Assembly (NCBI GenBank): GCA_963706955.1
Contig: CAVPOC010000008.1
Span: 544,001-608,000 of the forward strand
Direction: 5' to 3'
DNA: 64,000 nt
From: an uncultured Verrucomicrobiae bacterium
GTDB taxonomy: Bacteria; Verrucomicrobiota; Verrucomicrobiia; Chthoniobacterales; Terrimicrobiaceae
In this document: positions 35,367-47,952 of the stretch, piece after piece
Numbering within the stretch: position 1 is the first letter of the stretch
Layout of the letters: every line of letters begins with the position of its first letter
Made by a program: the position numbers and the translations under genes
Notes under the pieces: model-generated
What the model saw: the letters and a program-made list of their open reading frames with translations, nothing else
What the model was told of the DNA's origin: nothing
Database searches by the model: none

Positions 35367-36041
35367 CTAACGCGGCGGGAGCATCAGCACGTTGCGAGCG
35401 CTGCGGTTGCCCAGGGTGAAATCGCCTCCCAGGAACACACCGTCCGGCGCTATCTTAATCGTTCTCACAGCGCCAGAAAGGGTCTGCCCGGTTATTATCG
35501 GCTCATCCAACGCGCCGTCGGCATTCAGCCGGGCTATCCCGTGACGGGAGACGCCGAAGATCGCATTGAAATTCCCACCGACGAGAATTTTGCCGTCCGG
35601 TTGCACAGCGAGAGCGAAAACGCTTCCATTGATGCCTGGGCTGGCACCACCGCCAAACGCCGCGTCTACCTGGCCGTTTGCGTCATAGCGCACAAGATTC
35701 AAAATCTCCCTTTGGCCCGCCTGAGAGAAAGTTCCGCCGGCAAGAATCTGTCCGGTTGGCTGGATGGCCAACGCGTTCACCTGGCCGTTCACCCCTTCCT
35801 GCTCAGCAAACGAACGGTCCAGCGTTCCGTCTGGATTCAGTCGCGCGATGTTATTACGCACGATGCCATTAACCGCGGTAAAGCGGCCACCGATCACGAT
35901 CTTACCGTCCACCTGCACGACAGCGGCGAGGACTTCGCCATTGACACCTTCGCCAGAACCGAAGGCGGAGGAGAGGGCGACCTCGTTTTGGGCATGCACC
36001 GCCTCAATCACCATGGCCAGAACCACGAGGAATGTTCTCAC
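35367..36041 (-). CDS. Delta-60 / DUF5122 repeat secreted protein
   Basis: Repeated QPDGKILVGG.F and ARLNPDGTLD motifs; signal peptide. Confidence 0.85.
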   Translation of the reverse strand: MRTFLVVLAMVIEAVHAQNEVALSSAFGSGEGVNGEVLAAVVQVDGKIVIGGRFTAVNGIVRNNIARLNPDGTLDRSFAEQEGVNGQVNALAIQPTGQILAGGTFSQAGQREILNLVRYDANGQVDAAFGGGASPGINGSVFALAVQPDGKILVGGNFNAIFGVSRHGIARLNADGALDEPIITGQTLSGAVRTIKIAPDGVFLGGDFTLGNRSARNVLMLPPR

Positions 36042-36126
36042 AGCCCCAATCCATCCGCGAAATCTCCCAAAATCAAGCTCTGACCGCTTGATTCGGATTT
36101 CGGATTGCGCGAACCTCGCCTCCGAC

Positions 36127-36200
36127 GCACCCGTAGCTCAATTGGATAGAGCGACAGCCTCCGGAGCTGTAGGTTGTGGGTTCGAGCCCCGCCGGGTGCA
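36127..36200 (+). tRNA. tRNA-Arg(CCG)
   Basis: Cloverleaf with anticodon loop CT-CCG-GA. Confidence 0.96.
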
Positions 36201-36257
36201 CTTATTGAACCTTCCCATCCTCGAGGGGAACGGGCCGAACGACTGCGGAGAAATACG

Positions 36258-37525
36258 GGGTCTCCACCAAATTTTGGGGATGGGGTAGGTTTGATTGGTA
36301 TATTTAGCCGCATTGAGCAATAACGCGAAGGCGGTAGTTGGAGAAGTTTTTAAAGCCGTAAGCTCGGCGTTGAATGAGTTTCATTTTGCGATGGAAGCCT
36401 TCAGTAATGCCGTTGTTTTTGGTAAAGCGCCACATGGCCGCCAAGGGTTCTCTCCAGCGCGATAAGGTGTCAGCCAAAGTCAACATCGAGGAGAAGCAAC
36501 TGGCTTTGAGCTCAGCGATAAAATCCAGAAGTCTCTTAGCCAAAGGGCGGCAAGCACGCTTTGTTTGATGCTTAATATTCAAGAGGGCGCGCAGCCGATG
36601 CATGGCCTCATAGAGGGGTTGGAGAGCAGGGTATTTGGCAAAGAGGGCTTGGAGGCGCAGGCAATCAGTGGGCGCGAGGTTGTCCTCTCGTTTGCGCAGA
36701 GCCCCCAGGAAGCCGCGGTGGTTCTTGATTGTGGGGGCAATCTGGCGAGCTAACTCCAGGAAGTGCTGGGTGACAATGCGGATGACATGGAAGCGATCGG
36801 CAACGATCTTGGCTCTGGGAAAGTAAGAGGCAATCAGGCTGCGATAGGGACTGGAGAGATCGATGCAAACGACGCGCACCTTCTCTTTGCCTTGGAGGGC
36901 AGCCAGAAAGGAGCGCAGAGCGCTCGGAGTGCGTCCCGCAACGACGTCGAAGACGCGGTGGTTCTTCAGATCGCAGAAGGTGGTGGCAAAGCGCTGCCCT
37001 TTGTGCAGGGTGTGCTCGTCGATGCCGAGAACCTGAGGGCATTGCAGGCTCAAACGTTCTCTGGCCTGACGGGAAGTAAATTCCGCATAGATCCGCTCGA
37101 CGGTGGCGCTGCCCAGCTTCATGAGGCGCGCGAGAGCCGAGGCACAAATGCCTTCGTGATGCTGGCTATAGACCTTCTGTCGCCAGGGTTCGGTGCTGCG
37201 CTTCCAGGGCCGCAAACCGGGCGTCTCGGGCAGAAAGCTGCGACCGCATGCCCGGCACTCAAAGCGCCGGGTTTCGATATGAAGAAGGCTCGGCAACCCA
37301 AAGGAGTTTAGATGCCGAGCGCGCCGTCGATAACGCCCTTTAGCTACGATGCGGGGGCTGGCGCAGCACCGACAGCAATCGGGTTCCCTTTCCAGTTCCA
37401 AGTGCACGAGCACTTGCTTGTTGCTTTCGCTCCGCAAGACGCGGTAGCCTCTTAGTCCGATATCACACACAGGGGGCATGGTGGTCTTTCATTGACCCCA
37501 TGTCCCCACTTTTTGATGGAGAGCC
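36258..37525 (-). mobile_element. ISL3-family IS, complete (transposase 36304..37479)
   Basis: Zn-finger, GIDE, CIDLS, DRFHV, TEGFH..K...RRAYGF; terminal IRs GGCTCTCCATCAAAAA / GGGTCTCCACCAAATT. Confidence 0.93.
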
Positions 37526-38733
37526 CGATAACGCGAAGGCGGTAGTTGGAGAAGTTTTTAAAGCCGTAGGCGCGGCGTTGGATGAGTTTGAATTTGCGAT
37601 GGAAGCCCTCGGTGATGCCATTGTTTTTGGTGAAGCGCCACATGGCCGCGAGAGGTTCTCTCCAGGCCGACAAGGTTTGAGCGAGGGTAAGGAGCGAGGG
37701 GAAGGCACTGGCTTTGAGCTCATCGATAAAATCGAGGAGTTTCTTAGTGAGAGGACGGCAGGCGCGTTTTGTTTGATGTTTGAGGTTGAGGAGAGCGCGA
37801 AGTCGATGCATGGCGTCATAGAGGGGCGCGAGAGCAGGATATTTAGCAAAGAGCGCCCTGAGGCGCTGGCGGTCAATGGCCGAGAGGTTGTCCTGTCGTT
37901 TACGCAGGGCAGCCAGGGAGCCGCGATGGTTCGTGATAGGAGGGGCGATCTGACGGGCCAGCTCCAGGAAGTGTTGGATGACAATGCGGATGACATGGAA
38001 GCGATCGGCAACGATCTTGGCTCTGGGGAAATAGGAAGCAATCAGGCTGCGGTAGGGACTTGAGAGATCGATGCAAACCACGCGAACCTTGTCTCTGCCT
38101 TGGAGAGCGGCCAGAAAGGAGCGCAGATCCCTTGGACTGCGGCCGGCAACAATATCGAAGACCCGGTGGTTCTTAAGATCACAGAAGGTGGTGGCAAAAC
38201 GTTGCCCCTTGTGAAGGGTGTGCTCGTCGATACCGAGAACCCGAGGGCATTGAAGACTCAAACGTTCCCTGGCCTTGCGAGAAGTAAATTCCCCGTAGAT
38301 GCGCTCCACGGTGGCGCTCCCCAGCTTCATAAGACGCGCCAAAGCCGAGGCGCAAATGCCTTCATGGTGCTGGATGTAGACCTTCTGCCGCCAGGGTTCG
38401 GTGCTGCGCTTCCAGGGCCGCAATCCGGGCGTCTCGGGAAGGAAACTGCGACCACAAGCCCGACACTCAAAGCGCCGGGTCTCGATCTGAAGAAGGCTCG
38501 GTAAGCCAAAGGAATTTAGATGCCGAGCGCGCCGTCGGTAACGTCCCTTGGCGACAATGCGCGGGCTGGCACAGCACCGACAGCAATCCGGTTCCCTTTC
38601 CAGTTCCAAGTGCACAAGCACTTGCCGATTGCTTTCGCTCCGCAAGACGCGGTAGCCTCTTAGTCCGATATCACACACAGGGGGCATGGTGGTCTTTCAT
38701 TGACCCCATGTCCCCAATTTTTGATGGAGAGCC
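37526..38733 (-). mobile_element. ISL3-family IS, diverged second copy lacking its right end (transposase from 38687)
   Basis: Same motifs; left IR ends at 38733; ORF breaks at RLRVI and runs into the left IR of the first copy. Confidence 0.9.
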
Positions 38734-39086
38734 AGAATACGCAGCTGTTTCGTAGGGCTTCCTCCCGGTTGAAACCAGCAATCGTAACCAAGCCCTCGAT
38801 TGTCGCAGGCCTGCTGAAGATAGCCAAGGGCTACCGAGCTCAAGCGAAGCTCAATGCCTTTCCATCCAAGAGCTTATGAGATCTGGGTTCTAGTCGCCGG
38901 TGCTTCAACAATAAGCAAAGTGAAATCAGAGGGCAGACTCTCTCCTATTAGGTGTGGATCACCTTAGTTTTCCCGGACCAGTCTGACACTTCTTTGCAAG
39001 TTAAACTAGGATCCGAGATCAGATGAGAGTCGTAGTAATTGTTAAAACCAGCCTAATGATGTTGACCTCTGAGACGGATTTCATCT

Positions 39087-40592
39087 ATGAAGATCGCTGG
39101 TCCACGAGCTCAGGCGATGATCAAAGATGCCTTATCTCCGCGGGCAATCCTCGCAGTTCATCGCCAATTACAGAGGATATTCGTTCCGGCCATCCTATGC
39201 GCGAGCGTCTTAGTGTTTGTCTCCACCGGACTTAGCGAAGATCGGGGACGTTTGCCTCGGGCGGTGGTCGATCTCCCCACCGCGAAGCACAGTGCAAACT
39301 TAGCGACGACTTACCCCGAATTGCGCGCGGCAATCTCCTACAAGATAGTGCTCAGCCCTCATGTCGGTGCAGCAGAAATTGATCGTAACATCCAAATCGC
39401 ACAGCGCCGCGTCAAGCAAGCGTCCGATCCGCGCCCATTCCTGGAACGGCTGGGTTGGCTTTACGTCACCAAGGCGCGGACAAGTCACGATCAAGGCTTT
39501 TACAAGCTGGCTGAACAGTGCGCATTGGCATTGGAAACTGCCGACTCGAAGAGTCCGGCAGCGTTGCTCCTGCGCGGCCACGTTCTCATTAGCTTTCATC
39601 GCTTTGCGGAGGCCGAGGCTATTGCCAAAGAACTCGTCGCGCAACGCACGCTCCCCTTCGACTACGGACTGCTGGGCGATGCGCTGGTTGAACAGGGCCG
39701 CCTTGCCGAGGCCGTCGATGCCTACCAGCGCATGGTTGACCTTCGGCCTGACTTGCAATCCTACAGCCGGGTCGCTTATATGCGCTGGCTGAAAGGGGAT
39801 CTCGACGGCGCCATCGAGGTGGCCCGCCTGGCGGCTCGGGCTGCGAGCCCGCTCGACCCAGAGTCTGCATCGTGGTCTCTTACGCGCCTCGGGCACTATT
39901 ATTTGCAGGCCGGTTCGCTTGCCGATGCCAAGGCAGCTTGCGAGGCGGCTCTAACATATTCAGCTGAACTATCCTGCAGCCTTATTGCTGAAGAGCCGAT
40001 TTCTGCTCCTCGAGGACAACACTGCCGAGGCGACTATTGCCCTGCAAGGTGCCGTGGCCGTCAATCCGCTGCCCGAATTTCAGTGGGCCCTGGCTGACAA
40101 CCTCCACGCGGCAGGTCGCGTCGACGAAGCCGCCAAAGTCGAAGCGACTCTAATGCAGACCGGCATGCAGAGCGATCCGCGGACGTTTGCTCTGTTCCTG
40201 GCGACCCGGGGTGAGCAGACAGAATTAGCGGTTCAACTCGCGCAACGCGAATTGCAGGCCCGCGCAGACATTTTTACGCACGATGCGCTGGCGTGGGCGC
40301 TCGCTGCCGCGGGTCGACTCGACGAGGCATGGCCGCACATGGAGAAGGCGCTGGCCGAGGGCACCATCGATGCGCGGCTCTTCACCCACGCCGGAGTGCT
40401 TGCGGCCAAACTCGGACGCACGACCGAAGCCGAGTCGTGGCTGACCAAAGCCCGCAGCCTGCAGCACATGTTGCTCCCGTCGGAACATCAGCAACTCGCC
40501 GCGACATCGGCCTCCCTGGAGGCACCGGACGGCGCTCCATCTGCGGGTCCCGCAGCGACCGAAGCGATTTCCAGCGCGAGAAGAGCAATTAG
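39087..40592 (+). CDS. Tetratricopeptide-repeat protein (frameshifted)
   Basis: TPR-like helices in ORFs 39087..40097 and 39985..; ends approximate. Confidence 0.75.
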
Positions 40593-40635
40593 CGAAAGCT
40601 TCACTCGCAAACAAAAACAAGGAAGGGAAAGAAAA

Positions 40636-42185
40636 ATGAAAATCAATATCATCACACTCACAGCAGCCGTTTCGCTGGCGATGGCGTCGCCCCCGGCGGC
40701 GCATGCATCTAGCCACATGGATGCGCCACTGATCACCCGCGATCCATCGGCTAACACCACCGACGTATACGCTTTCGTTGACCAGGACGAGCAAGCAAAA
40801 CAGATTTGGTCGGCGGAGGAACCCAGCCGCCGAAATCCCTTGTCGTCGCCCTTGCCGTCTATCCCCACGAGGAACCGGGAGTCGGGCCGAATATTTACAA
40901 CTTCGACGACAATGTGCTTTACGAGATCCATGTGGCGACCGGCCGTGATGTCGCGGCGGGCAGAGCTACCATCAGCTATCAGTTCCGATTCACGACTACT
41001 TTCCTGAACCAGAACACCATTCTGGATTCCTACCTGGGCGTTTAGGTCTAGATCCGCTGATGCCATCCACGACGCCAATCAGAACCTGCGTCAGACATAC
41101 ACGGTCACCAAGGTCAATTGGCACTCGAAGACCGTCCTCGGCACGGGCATCGTTCCGCCGAACAACCAGGGTAGACGCAACGCCCTTCTACAACCAGGGC
41201 GATCGACGGCGACAATCCGGCCAAGGATGGCGTTTCGACGGATGATCGAACTCGACCAGTATACCCAAGAAGCCATCACCGATTCATGGACAAAGGAGAT
41301 GGCTATGTCGCCTTCGCCGGCCAGAGGGACGACGGCTTCTACGCCGATATCAACTCCATCTTTGATCTGCTGAGTCTCCGGAATCCGGGAAAAGATTCAC
41401 AAGGGGGTTTCAACCTCCACCTTATGGCGTTGAGAATCCCGATCGCGGAACTGGGCTGGCGGTGACCAGCAAATCGTCGGTGTTTATGCCACAACCAGCC
41501 GTCAAAAGGTTACCGTGTTGCGAGACAGGCCGCGGGGGCAATAAGACAGAAGAACAACTCCTCCTCTTCGTGGGTGCAGGTTGCGCGCCAGGGCAACCCG
41601 CTCTTCAACGAAGGCCTCGTCGCCATCGTGGACAAGGACCTTTACAGCCGCACCAGCCCGACGGTGGACAATCGAATTCTTTCAGCAAGTATGCGCTCAA
41701 CCCGGAACTGCGCGCTGATTAATGCCGCTCCGGTTGCTCCTTGGATCCCCGGCCGTAACAACCGGACGACCGATATCGCGGCCATCTATATCCCCGACCT
41801 GATCAAGGTGGATCTCTCGACGCCGGGCGTGCGTCTTCGCCGGCAGCGGCCCAGCGGCATCCGACGAATCCGGATGATCCCGGCTTCTCGCGCCTGAGCA
41901 TCTTCGGTGGCGATGTGCTTCCAGAGCGAGATTCCAGGTCATCCGTTCAACATCGGCGGATTCGTCCCCGGCGGCTGGCCCAATGGTCGCCGCTTCGGCG
42001 ACGACGTGGTGGACATCGCGGTAACTGCTCTCATTAGCGATCTGCGCGATCCTGACAATCTGATCATTCGCGTGGCGGACGGCAATGACGGCGTGAGCAG
42101 AAACGACATCGGTTTCAACAAGACGTTCCCCTACGAAGGCACGCCGCAGAACGGCCGCAACCACGCGCACCCTGCACCAGTCTAA
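40636..42185 (+). pseudogene. DUF4331 domain protein, multiply frameshifted
   Basis: ASSHMDAPLI..DP.ANTTDVYAF, FDDNVLYEIH, FAGQRDDGFY, QVARQGNPLFNE, GWPNGRRFGDDVVD, TFPY spread over several frames. Confidence 0.8.
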
Positions 42186-42297
42186 GTCCAAGTCAGAGCC
42201 CAACACCTTAGCTGCCCTGCACGCGGCCGGTCCAGGCCGGATCGTGAACTCCGCTCCGAACAGTAACGAGTCTGAGGTAGATCACTCGCATGAGTTG

Positions 42298-43430
42298 ATG
42301 GGTACGAAAAACCGTCTGTGTGGCTGGCTGGCAGCGCTTCTCATGGGCGTTGCCAGCCTCGCGCTCGCTCACGATCCCGGCCTGAGCACGGCTGCCGTGA
42401 AGATCTTTCCGGATCATATGGAGGCGCGAGGCGACCTTCGCGCGCGCCGACATCGAGGCACTTGTCGCCCTCGACGTGAATCACGACGGGAAGGTCAGCG
42501 CTCAGGAGTGGCAGCAAGCGCGGCCCATCCTCGAACCGCTCCTGCGGGATACGCTCGTCGTCCGGGGGAACGACGGCACCACCGGCATGACGGAAATCGG
42601 CTTTCAGCTTGATGAGAACGACAATTTTCATGTCGCTGGCATCCTGCGCGCAGAAGGCGCGAAGCTTACCCTGGAGTCGCCGTTACTCAAGCAGCTCCCT
42701 CGCGGGCATCGGCAATTCATTAGCGTGCTAATCAACCAAGGCACTCCAGTCGGCGAGGCGCTGCTCAGCGCAGAAAATCATGCACTGGAGGTCGACGCAG
42801 GAATTGGCTGAGGAGCCACGACACTTGCAAAGCGCAGCCACGTTCGGAGGGTTCTTCTTCATGGGCGTGGAACACATCCTGACCGGCTATGATCACTTGA
42901 TCTTTCTCTTCGGCCTGCTTATCGCGATGTCACAATTTCGCGCGACGCTTTGGGTGATCACGTGCTTCACGCTGGCACACTCGGTCACGCTGGCGCTGGC
43001 AGCGTTCGATCTGGTGCGGATCCCAGAGCACATCGTCGAACCATTAATCGCGGCCACCATCATCTACGTCGGCGTGGAAAATTTGCTGCGGCTGGACAAT
43101 GCGACAGGTCGCTGGAGGTTGGCGCTTATTTTCGGTCTGGTTCACGGTCTCGGCTTCGCCACAGATCTGAAAGAAAAAGTCGCCGGCATGAGTGGCGAAA
43201 AAATCGTCGTTCCATTGGTGTCGTTCAACCTTGGAGTCGAGGTCGGCCAATTGGCCGTCGCCGCGCTGGTCTTGCCATTGATCATGGTGGTTGCGGAGTC
43301 AGGCCGGTTTACGGCGGAGTCTGGTGCCATCCTGCTCCACCCTGGTAGTGCTGGCTGGCGCCTGGTGGCTCGTGCAGCGAACGCTACTGGGATAAGAGCG
43401 CTCAGCCCAAGCCTCAGAACCGGCAATTAG
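42298..43430 (+). CDS. HupE/UreJ family membrane protein (frameshifted)
   Basis: GVEHILTGYDHLIF, FTLAHSVT, FGLVHGLGFA, FNLGVEVGQ. Confidence 0.85.
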
Positions 43431-43519
43431 GCTGTGTCGCGCCTTAGATTGGCGAGCCAAAGTGCGGTCTAGCGATCCGCGTTCCGTCCGTCGCCATCCG
43501 TCGCCAGAATTTTTCGCCC

Positions 43520-44293
43520 CTATGAGGAATGGCTGACCGTCTCGCGCGCCGTGCGAATCTCGTGCAACACGAGGTTCATCAGTTCTTCAACAGAAGTATC
43601 ACGCGTCGGTCTGTCGAAGGTAATCTGGCCGTTTTGCAAGAGACTGACGCGATCGCAGACGTCGAAGACGTGCGCGTAGTTGTGCGCTACAAGAATGATC
43701 GATACTTCGCCCTTTTCTTTGAGGCGACGGATGAGGTCCAGGATCATGGCGCTCTCTTTCACACCCATTGCTGCCGTCGGCTCGTCCAAGAGCAACACCT
43801 TGGCATTGGCAAAAACCGAGCGCGCAACCGCTATGGCCTGCCGCTGACCGCCCGAGAGTTTGGAGATTTCCACGTCGACTCTGGGAATGTTGACACCCAT
43901 CCCATTCAGCTGCTCGATCGCGCGCTCGCGCATGGTCCGATCATCTAGAATACCAAGGAAGCGGCTATACATGATTTCCCGTTGTAGGAACATGTTGCGA
44001 TAAACATTCAATTCATTTATCAGCGCGAGATCCTGGTAAACGGGTTCGATTCCCAGCGACCGGGCGTGGCTGACAGACTTGAGCTCGATCTCCTCGCCCT
44101 GAAAATAGATCTTCCCGCTGCTCGGCCGATGAAAGCCGGTAAGAATCTTCAACAACGTGGATTTTCCGGCGCCGTTGTCGCCGAGAAGACCTAGGACTTC
44201 GCCTCTGGCAAGACGGATTGACGCATCCCTGAGAGCTGTCACCCGGCCAAAGGATTTGGAGATGTGCTCCGTCCGCAATACTTCCTCGTTCAT
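43520..44293 (-). CDS. Sugar ABC transporter ATP-binding protein
   Basis: GDNGAGKS, LSGGQRQ, LDEPTAA. Confidence 0.93.
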   Translation of the reverse strand: MNEEVLRTEHISKSFGRVTALRDASIRLARGEVLGLLGDNGAGKSTLLKILTGFHRPSSGKIYFQGEEIELKSVSHARSLGIEPVYQDLALINELNVYRNMFLQREIMYSRFLGILDDRTMRERAIEQLNGMGVNIPRVDVEISKLSGGQRQAIAVARSVFANAKVLLLDEPTAAMGVKESAMILDLIRRLKEKGEVSIILVAHNYAHVFDVCDRVSLLQNGQITFDRPTRDTSVEELMNLVLHEIRTARETVSHSS

Positions 44294-45321
44294 TATCCAC
44301 CTCCCGCCGCGCGCAGACGGCTCAAGTGCACATTGATGAGCATCGTGATGAGGATTGCGCCTCCCAAAATCATGTTGAAAGTGTACGCGCTGACCCCTGA
44401 GAGCGTAAAGCCGTCTTTCAATATCCCAAGCACTGCGGCGCCGAGAAATGCACCGATGATTGTGCCTGAGCCTCCAGTGAGCAGAGTTCCGCCGATAACA
44501 GCAGATGCGATCGCCATAAACATGATTTCTGTTCCACCCGCGAGCGGATCGATCGAGCCGATGCGAAAGGTGTCCAGGGTGCCTGCAAGGCCTCCCAAGA
44601 CACTACAAATGACGAAATTCCCCATCTTTATGCGACCGATTTTGATGCCCACCTCGGCGGCACCAATTAAGTTCCCGCCCGTGGCCACGGTGTGTAGCCC
44701 CCAACGTGTCTTGACGAGCACGAACTGGAGAATGAGCGTCACGCCGATCGCCCACAGGATCTGCGAGAGCGGGTTGCCACCGAAGATTTCCTGAAGCATT
44801 GGCCCCGCTTTCGGTCGCACGGGAAAACCGCCCGAGATGGTTAGCGTGAAGCCGTTTATAAAGAACAGCGTCCCGAGAGTGGTGATGAAAGAGGGTATTC
44901 GGAGTATCACGGTAAAAAATCCGTTGATGAGGCCCACAATAGCCGCAGCGACTAAACCGATTCCGACCGCGGGAACGAAGGGAACGCCCGCTTGCTGCGC
45001 GAAATGCATCACGAACGGCGACAGCGCGTAAACCTGACCCACCGACAAATCTACCTCACCGGCGATCAGAACCATGACCAGGCCCGCCGCGATGATCGCG
45101 GTCATGGCCGTGTATTCGGCCAGGTTTCCAATGTTGCTGGGCGTAAGGAACGCGGGAGCCGTGCTCTGAAAGTAGATGACCATCACGATACCGGCAATCG
45201 CGGTGCTCGCCTCTCGAGAGCGCAGGAGGAAAAGACCAGCCCGGCTCACCCAGCTTCGGGGCGCAGCACGCCGGACGGTATCCTTTCGTTGCGGAAGAAG
45301 ATCCGCTTTGTCTGCTGCCAT
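44293..45321 (-). CDS. Sugar ABC transporter permease (RbsC-like)
   Basis: GEVDLSVG, IPSFITTLG, AVIGGTLLTGG. Confidence 0.93.
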   Translation of the reverse strand: MAADKADLLPQRKDTVRRAAPRSWVSRAGLFLLRSREASTAIAGIVMVIYFQSTAPAFLTPSNIGNLAEYTAMTAIIAAGLVMVLIAGEVDLSVGQVYALSPFVMHFAQQAGVPFVPAVGIGLVAAAIVGLINGFFTVILRIPSFITTLGTLFFINGFTLTISGGFPVRPKAGPMLQEIFGGNPLSQILWAIGVTLILQFVLVKTRWGLHTVATGGNLIGAAEVGIKIGRIKMGNFVICSVLGGLAGTLDTFRIGSIDPLAGGTEIMFMAIASAVIGGTLLTGGSGTIIGAFLGAAVLGILKDGFTLSGVSAYTFNMILGGAILITMLINVHLSRLRAAGGG

Positions 45322-45336
45322 GACGTTGCGCGATCT

Positions 45337-46435
45337 TTATCCGATGGGGCCCGACCGCGTAACCACTTTTTGCTCGCTTGAGTTACCCTGATAGCGACTC
45401 TCAGTCTTTATGAAGGGCTCGACGTTTGCCTTCGTCAAGAAGCTCAGGCCGGTATTGATGTCGGAGGGACCCGTCAACCCGCCTGAGATCTTGTAGAGAA
45501 AGAGCACCATGACGGTGTAGAAACCTTGGAGATACGGCTGTTGGTCGATGGTAAAGTCGAGATCTCCCTTTTGCACGTAGTCGAGCGTACTTGGCAGAAG
45601 ATCAAAGCCACCGGCGTGAATACCCTTTGACTGTAGTTTATTTTCACTCATCGTCTTCCCGACCGCTGAGGTGCTGCCCGCGTCTACGGCAAACATGCCT
45701 TTTATGTCTGGGTGGCCCGCATAGTAAGCAGCAACCCGCGAGACCTCCTCATTTAGGGTGGGTCCGCTCGCTATCTCATTCAGCTTGATATTCTTGCCAG
45801 ACTCCTTGATCGCCTCGGCTGCGCCGTCCAGCCGCGGCTGGATGTTCAGTTGGCCAGGCGTAGCAATAAATCCAACCACTTCGCCCTCCGGAACTAACTC
45901 GACGATGCGCTCGCCTAACCCCTTGCCGGAGAGAAAGAGATCCTGGCCAATGTAGCACAATCGCTTGTTCTTTGCGTCGGCGTTGTACGACACCACGGGA
46001 ATGCCTGCCTTGAGTGCTTTTTCGGTAGGCTCGTTAAAAGCCGTGCAGATCAACCAGACAGACGGCTATGCCGTCGGCACCTGCCGAGATCGCCGTATTC
46101 ATGGCATTGACCATATCGGTAGCGATGGATTTCTCGGAACCGGTCCACTGATAGGTACAGCCCAGAAGTGCGCAGGCATCCTCGGCGCCGTACTTGGTGG
46201 GAACAAAGAACGGGTTCGTTGTGACGTGATTCACGAAAACGAATTTCCATTGTGGATGCTTCGGGAAAAGGCCGAAGCCTCCTTCCGCGGCCTCTGCACT
46301 TTCCGGTATTCCGAGACCGAACGAGGATAGCGAAGCCAGCGCGCCAAAGCCGGCCGCGCGTCGCAACGCTTCGCGCCGTGAAACGCCGCCCACGTCTTTT
46401 TGGCTGCTGTTGGGGGAACGGTTCGTCTTTTTCAT
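45337..46435 (-). CDS. Sugar ABC transporter substrate-binding protein with Tat signal (frameshift near 46050)
   Basis: SRREAL twin-Arg motif, NPFFVP, GIPVVSYNAD, TIDQQPYLQG. Confidence 0.88.
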
Positions 46436-46472
46436 GGGATCTTACTCTGGGGGATGGGTTGATTTGTGTAAT

Positions 46473-47619
46473 CTACTTGGTCGAGAAACGATAAACCGTC
46501 GTTTGTGTGTACTTCTCACCCGGCTGTAACTCGGTTGTGGGAAAGTCCGGCTGGTTTGGTGAATCTGGAAAGTGCTGCGTCTCTAAACAGAGGCCAGTCC
46601 GGTGTTGGTAAGCGGTGCCGCCCTTGCCTTTGTTTGTCCCGTCGAGAAAGTTGCCGACATAAACCTGCAAACCCGGCTCGGTGGTTAGGAGTTCCATGAA
46701 TCTTCCTGTGGTTGGCTCGTAGAGGGACGCCACCAATTCAAGGTCGTTTCCGGTTCGGTTCAGCACCCAGTTGTGATCGTAACCACTACCAAATTTCATC
46801 TGTTCATCGTCGCTTTCGACCCGGGCTCCAATGGCTGTGGGCTTGTTGAAATCGAACGGCGTGCCCGCAACCGGCCTGAGCTCCCCCGTCGGAATCAGAC
46901 CCTTGTCAACCGGAGTGAACTTATCAGACTTAATCATCAGCTCGTGCCCCAGGATATCGCTCGCTCCGGCATCTTTTAGGTTAAAATAGGAATGGTGCGT
47001 CAAATTGACGAAAGTGGGCTTATCGGTTTCAGCGGTGTACTGGATCTTCAACTCATTGTTGTCCGTAAGGGTGTAAATCACCTCGCAGCGAAGAGTGCCT
47101 GGATAGTTTTCCTCCCCATCTTTGCTCGTGTACGTCAGCTTGAGGGCCGGTCCTTCGGGAGTGTCCAACTTTTCAGCCTGCCAGACGACTTTATCGAATC
47201 CTTTGCGACCGCCATGCAGGGCGTTCTCAGCGTTGTTCTGCGCAAGTTGGTAGTCGACACCGCTGATCTTGAATCTGCCCTTTGCGATTCGATTGCCATA
47301 GCGGCCGATCAAGGCACCGAAATAGGCGAGTGTTGCCGATATAGTCGTTTAGCGTGTCATATCCAAGCACCACATCGCCAAGTTTGCCATTTTTATCAGG
47401 CACCGAAAGTGAAACGACGATTCCACCGTAGTTGGTGATTGTCGCTTCGAGGCCATTCTTGTTCTTTAGCGTGTAGAGCTCGACTTGAGCGCCATCGATC
47501 TTTCGGCGAAATGCTTCCGGATTAACTTGCCCGCTGGAGGTCCTGACGAAACCGCCGAAGAATATCGCCAAAGCCAGCGCGGGGCCAACAACAACCAACC
47601 CACGACGAGGAGTAAACAT
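46473..47619 (-). CDS. galM: Aldose 1-epimerase (frameshift near 47330)
   Basis: ITNYGG, GRYGNRI, LHGG, HSYFNL, GYDHN, CLETQHFPDSPN. Confidence 0.93.
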
Positions 47620-47952
47620 AAAGACACCTTTCGGTGAACAGGGGAATGCCAGAATATCCCGCTAAAATTCCTTGAATTCAACAGCGTTTTTCAAGGTAAC
47701 CTCCCTATCTCACCTGCAAGCCTTCTGCCCTCCGGGAAATCCGTAGGTCCACTTCGATTCTCACTAAAATACTTCCCGGCAAACCTTCATAGTTCGGACG
47801 CACATGAATTGCGGTTGCAGTTGGAGCGCCAGAGGCGAGTATCGTCGGAAAAGTTGCCCAAGTCCGGTGCGCAGCCGTCTGCCCACAATTGCGCGTTGGT
47901 TCTCGATGAGCCGATGCTTGAGAGCATGGCAACTACGGCGCATGGCCTGCCC

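Noticed and set aside
39985..41007. Apparent TPR-DUF4331 fusion ORF
   Set aside because: An internal RBS, ATG and signal peptide at 40636 plus local indels indicate two genes.
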